Assembly: GCA_043228905.1 (NCBI GenBank) | Contig: JBHGNT010000004.1 | Location: forward strand, 21,824,001-21,888,000 | DNA from: Azolla caroliniana | Taxonomy: Eukaryota; Plantae; Polypodiophyta | Reading direction: 5' to 3' | Length of the DNA: 64,000 nucleotides | Position numbers and translations under genes: made by a program | Part shown: positions 62,449 through 64,000 of the stretch, one piece after another | Numbering within the stretch: the stretch's first letter is position 1 | Layout: the number at the start of each line of letters is the position of its first letter | The notes under the pieces: generated by a model | The model's input: only the letters and a program-made list of their open reading frames with translations | Databases searched by the model: none | What the model was told of the DNA's origin: nothing

Positions 62449-64000
62449 TCAATGTTGGGTCCCCATCACTTCTTGATTTTGAATCATTGTGACGTTTAAT
62501 TGCCTATCATCATCGTATCTTTTGAGAAATAGACAAAACATTGGATGTGCATCATGTATCACAATACGGATGTCCTTACCTTACCAATTTCTAAGGCCAA
62601 TAACAATATGGAACTCCTTATCAATTTCTAAGGCCAAGAACGTACCGAAAACAGCTTGGTCATTTAAGTCTTGAGAATTATTTCGCAATCTAAATCTCAT
62701 AGTCCTCTTTTTGTGGCTCGTAAAGTACGAAACATTAAAGATAGTGGGTTGTAACCCACATAGCGGTTGGTTGCCTTGAAGAATAGATAGCCTCATTTGG
62801 AAAGTGGACATATACATCATATTGACATTTGCAAGGAGGCATCATATGTATTTATGTTCTCAAGCATAACTTCGACAATACAATACAATGTAAAACATAA
62901 TGTCGAAGCATTGCACCAATACATCATATAAGATAATTGGATCTAACAAAATTTGTGTATAGCAATTCGTGGAGTTTCCTTGTTAAAATGGTAAAACTTA
63001 AAATACATAACTATGATGTTGTAGTGATAAAGGTTGTCCTCAAGGAATCTACGTTCAAATTCTAAAGTAGGCACGTTAACAATTTTCAACTATACTATGT
63101 GCACTAAGGCAATGTTAACAAAGATATCTACGACTTTACATTCCCAAAAATATTGCTTTATTAACCACTTTCCACAACCTAAGAATTGAAAACGGTATTT
63201 TTGCATTTGAGACAATGATAACGAAAACCATTTCAAGCTAAATATAATGATCCATATTTAGGTATAAAGGCTTTAAAAGTGAAAAAATGGCGAAAATTAT
63301 TGTCCATAAGAATATATTGTCTTTTGAGAGATTAAAATGGTGGAGGCATAGAACATGTATATTGTTGTTTTTCAGTACAAAGATGTAAGTTGAAGGAGAT
63401 GACACAATGCTCAAACCAAGTAATATATTACTATTTTAGAGATATGAAATTTATGAGAATGGAGCTCATGTGACAGGATGTTTAAAATTCCCAATCTAAT
63501 TGAGATTCACATGAACATACAATAGTCTAATGTTTGTAAGAACCAAACAAGAGCTTCCAAATACCAGTCTTGCCATTTTGAGCGTTTATCGTATTCTCCA
63601 TTGTGCAAGTCACCATCTCTCACTCTCCCACTTCTAGCATATACATATATTTCTGCCATGTTCAAATGCCACCAATTTTGCTTTCATTTCATTGTGTTAA
63701 GGACTTTTCTTGTTTAATATTTGAATTGTTTCCTTCTCCGACTTGTTCTACTGCCCATGTTCGAGAAACAAAAAGTGCCCTTCTTCATGACCTAGAGGTT
63801 GCGTTTTAGGTTTGTTGGTTTTAGTTATGCGAAAGGGAGATTATGGGATGAATATCTATAAGCACATGTGAAGTAAATGGGTAAAATAAATTGTTGTATT
63901 GACCAATGACAACTAAGAACATTCTATGTTTTTTGTTTACTGGTTATTTACTTATTGACAACCAAGGAAATTTGATTAGTTTAGTTAATTGGTTATCCTT

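Noticed and set aside
63013-63070. tRNA/SINE-like boxes upstream of the P450
   Set aside because: Too degenerate (GTTCAAATT only) to support a call.

Overview
Plant nuclear DNA, probably a fern or other seed-free plant (inferred from Tcn1-type chromoviruses, tRNA-Trp-primed gypsy elements and a 5S fragment resembling the fern variant as I recall it). About 58.9 kb is a nest of LTR retrotransposons up to six layers deep, reconstructed from LTR pairs, primer-binding sites (PBS), polypurine tracts (PPT) and target-site duplications (TSD). It contains five Ty1/copia elements (C1-C5), two chromoviruses, and an Athila/Tat-like gypsy (G2) with an extra coiled-coil ORF plus an old relic of that ORF. 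It also holds an autonomous-type tRNA-Trp-primed gypsy (G1) and three gag-only derivatives (E1, E2, E4). The nest is followed by a hAT-type MITE and one apparently intact two-exon clan-71 cytochrome P450 gene. The most unusual feature is a ~1.8 kb non-coding insert (about 24124-25916, minus strand) inside a copia LTR. It carries a TATA box, a complete minimal type I hammerhead ribozyme with a palindromic stem III, and the Pol III internal control region of 5S rRNA between structured direct repeats. Also notable, the Trp-primed family shows 4-bp CpG-centred target sites, covarying cis RNA hairpins and a probable -1 frameshift placed after the protease. All calls are by eye; no database searches or folding were run.
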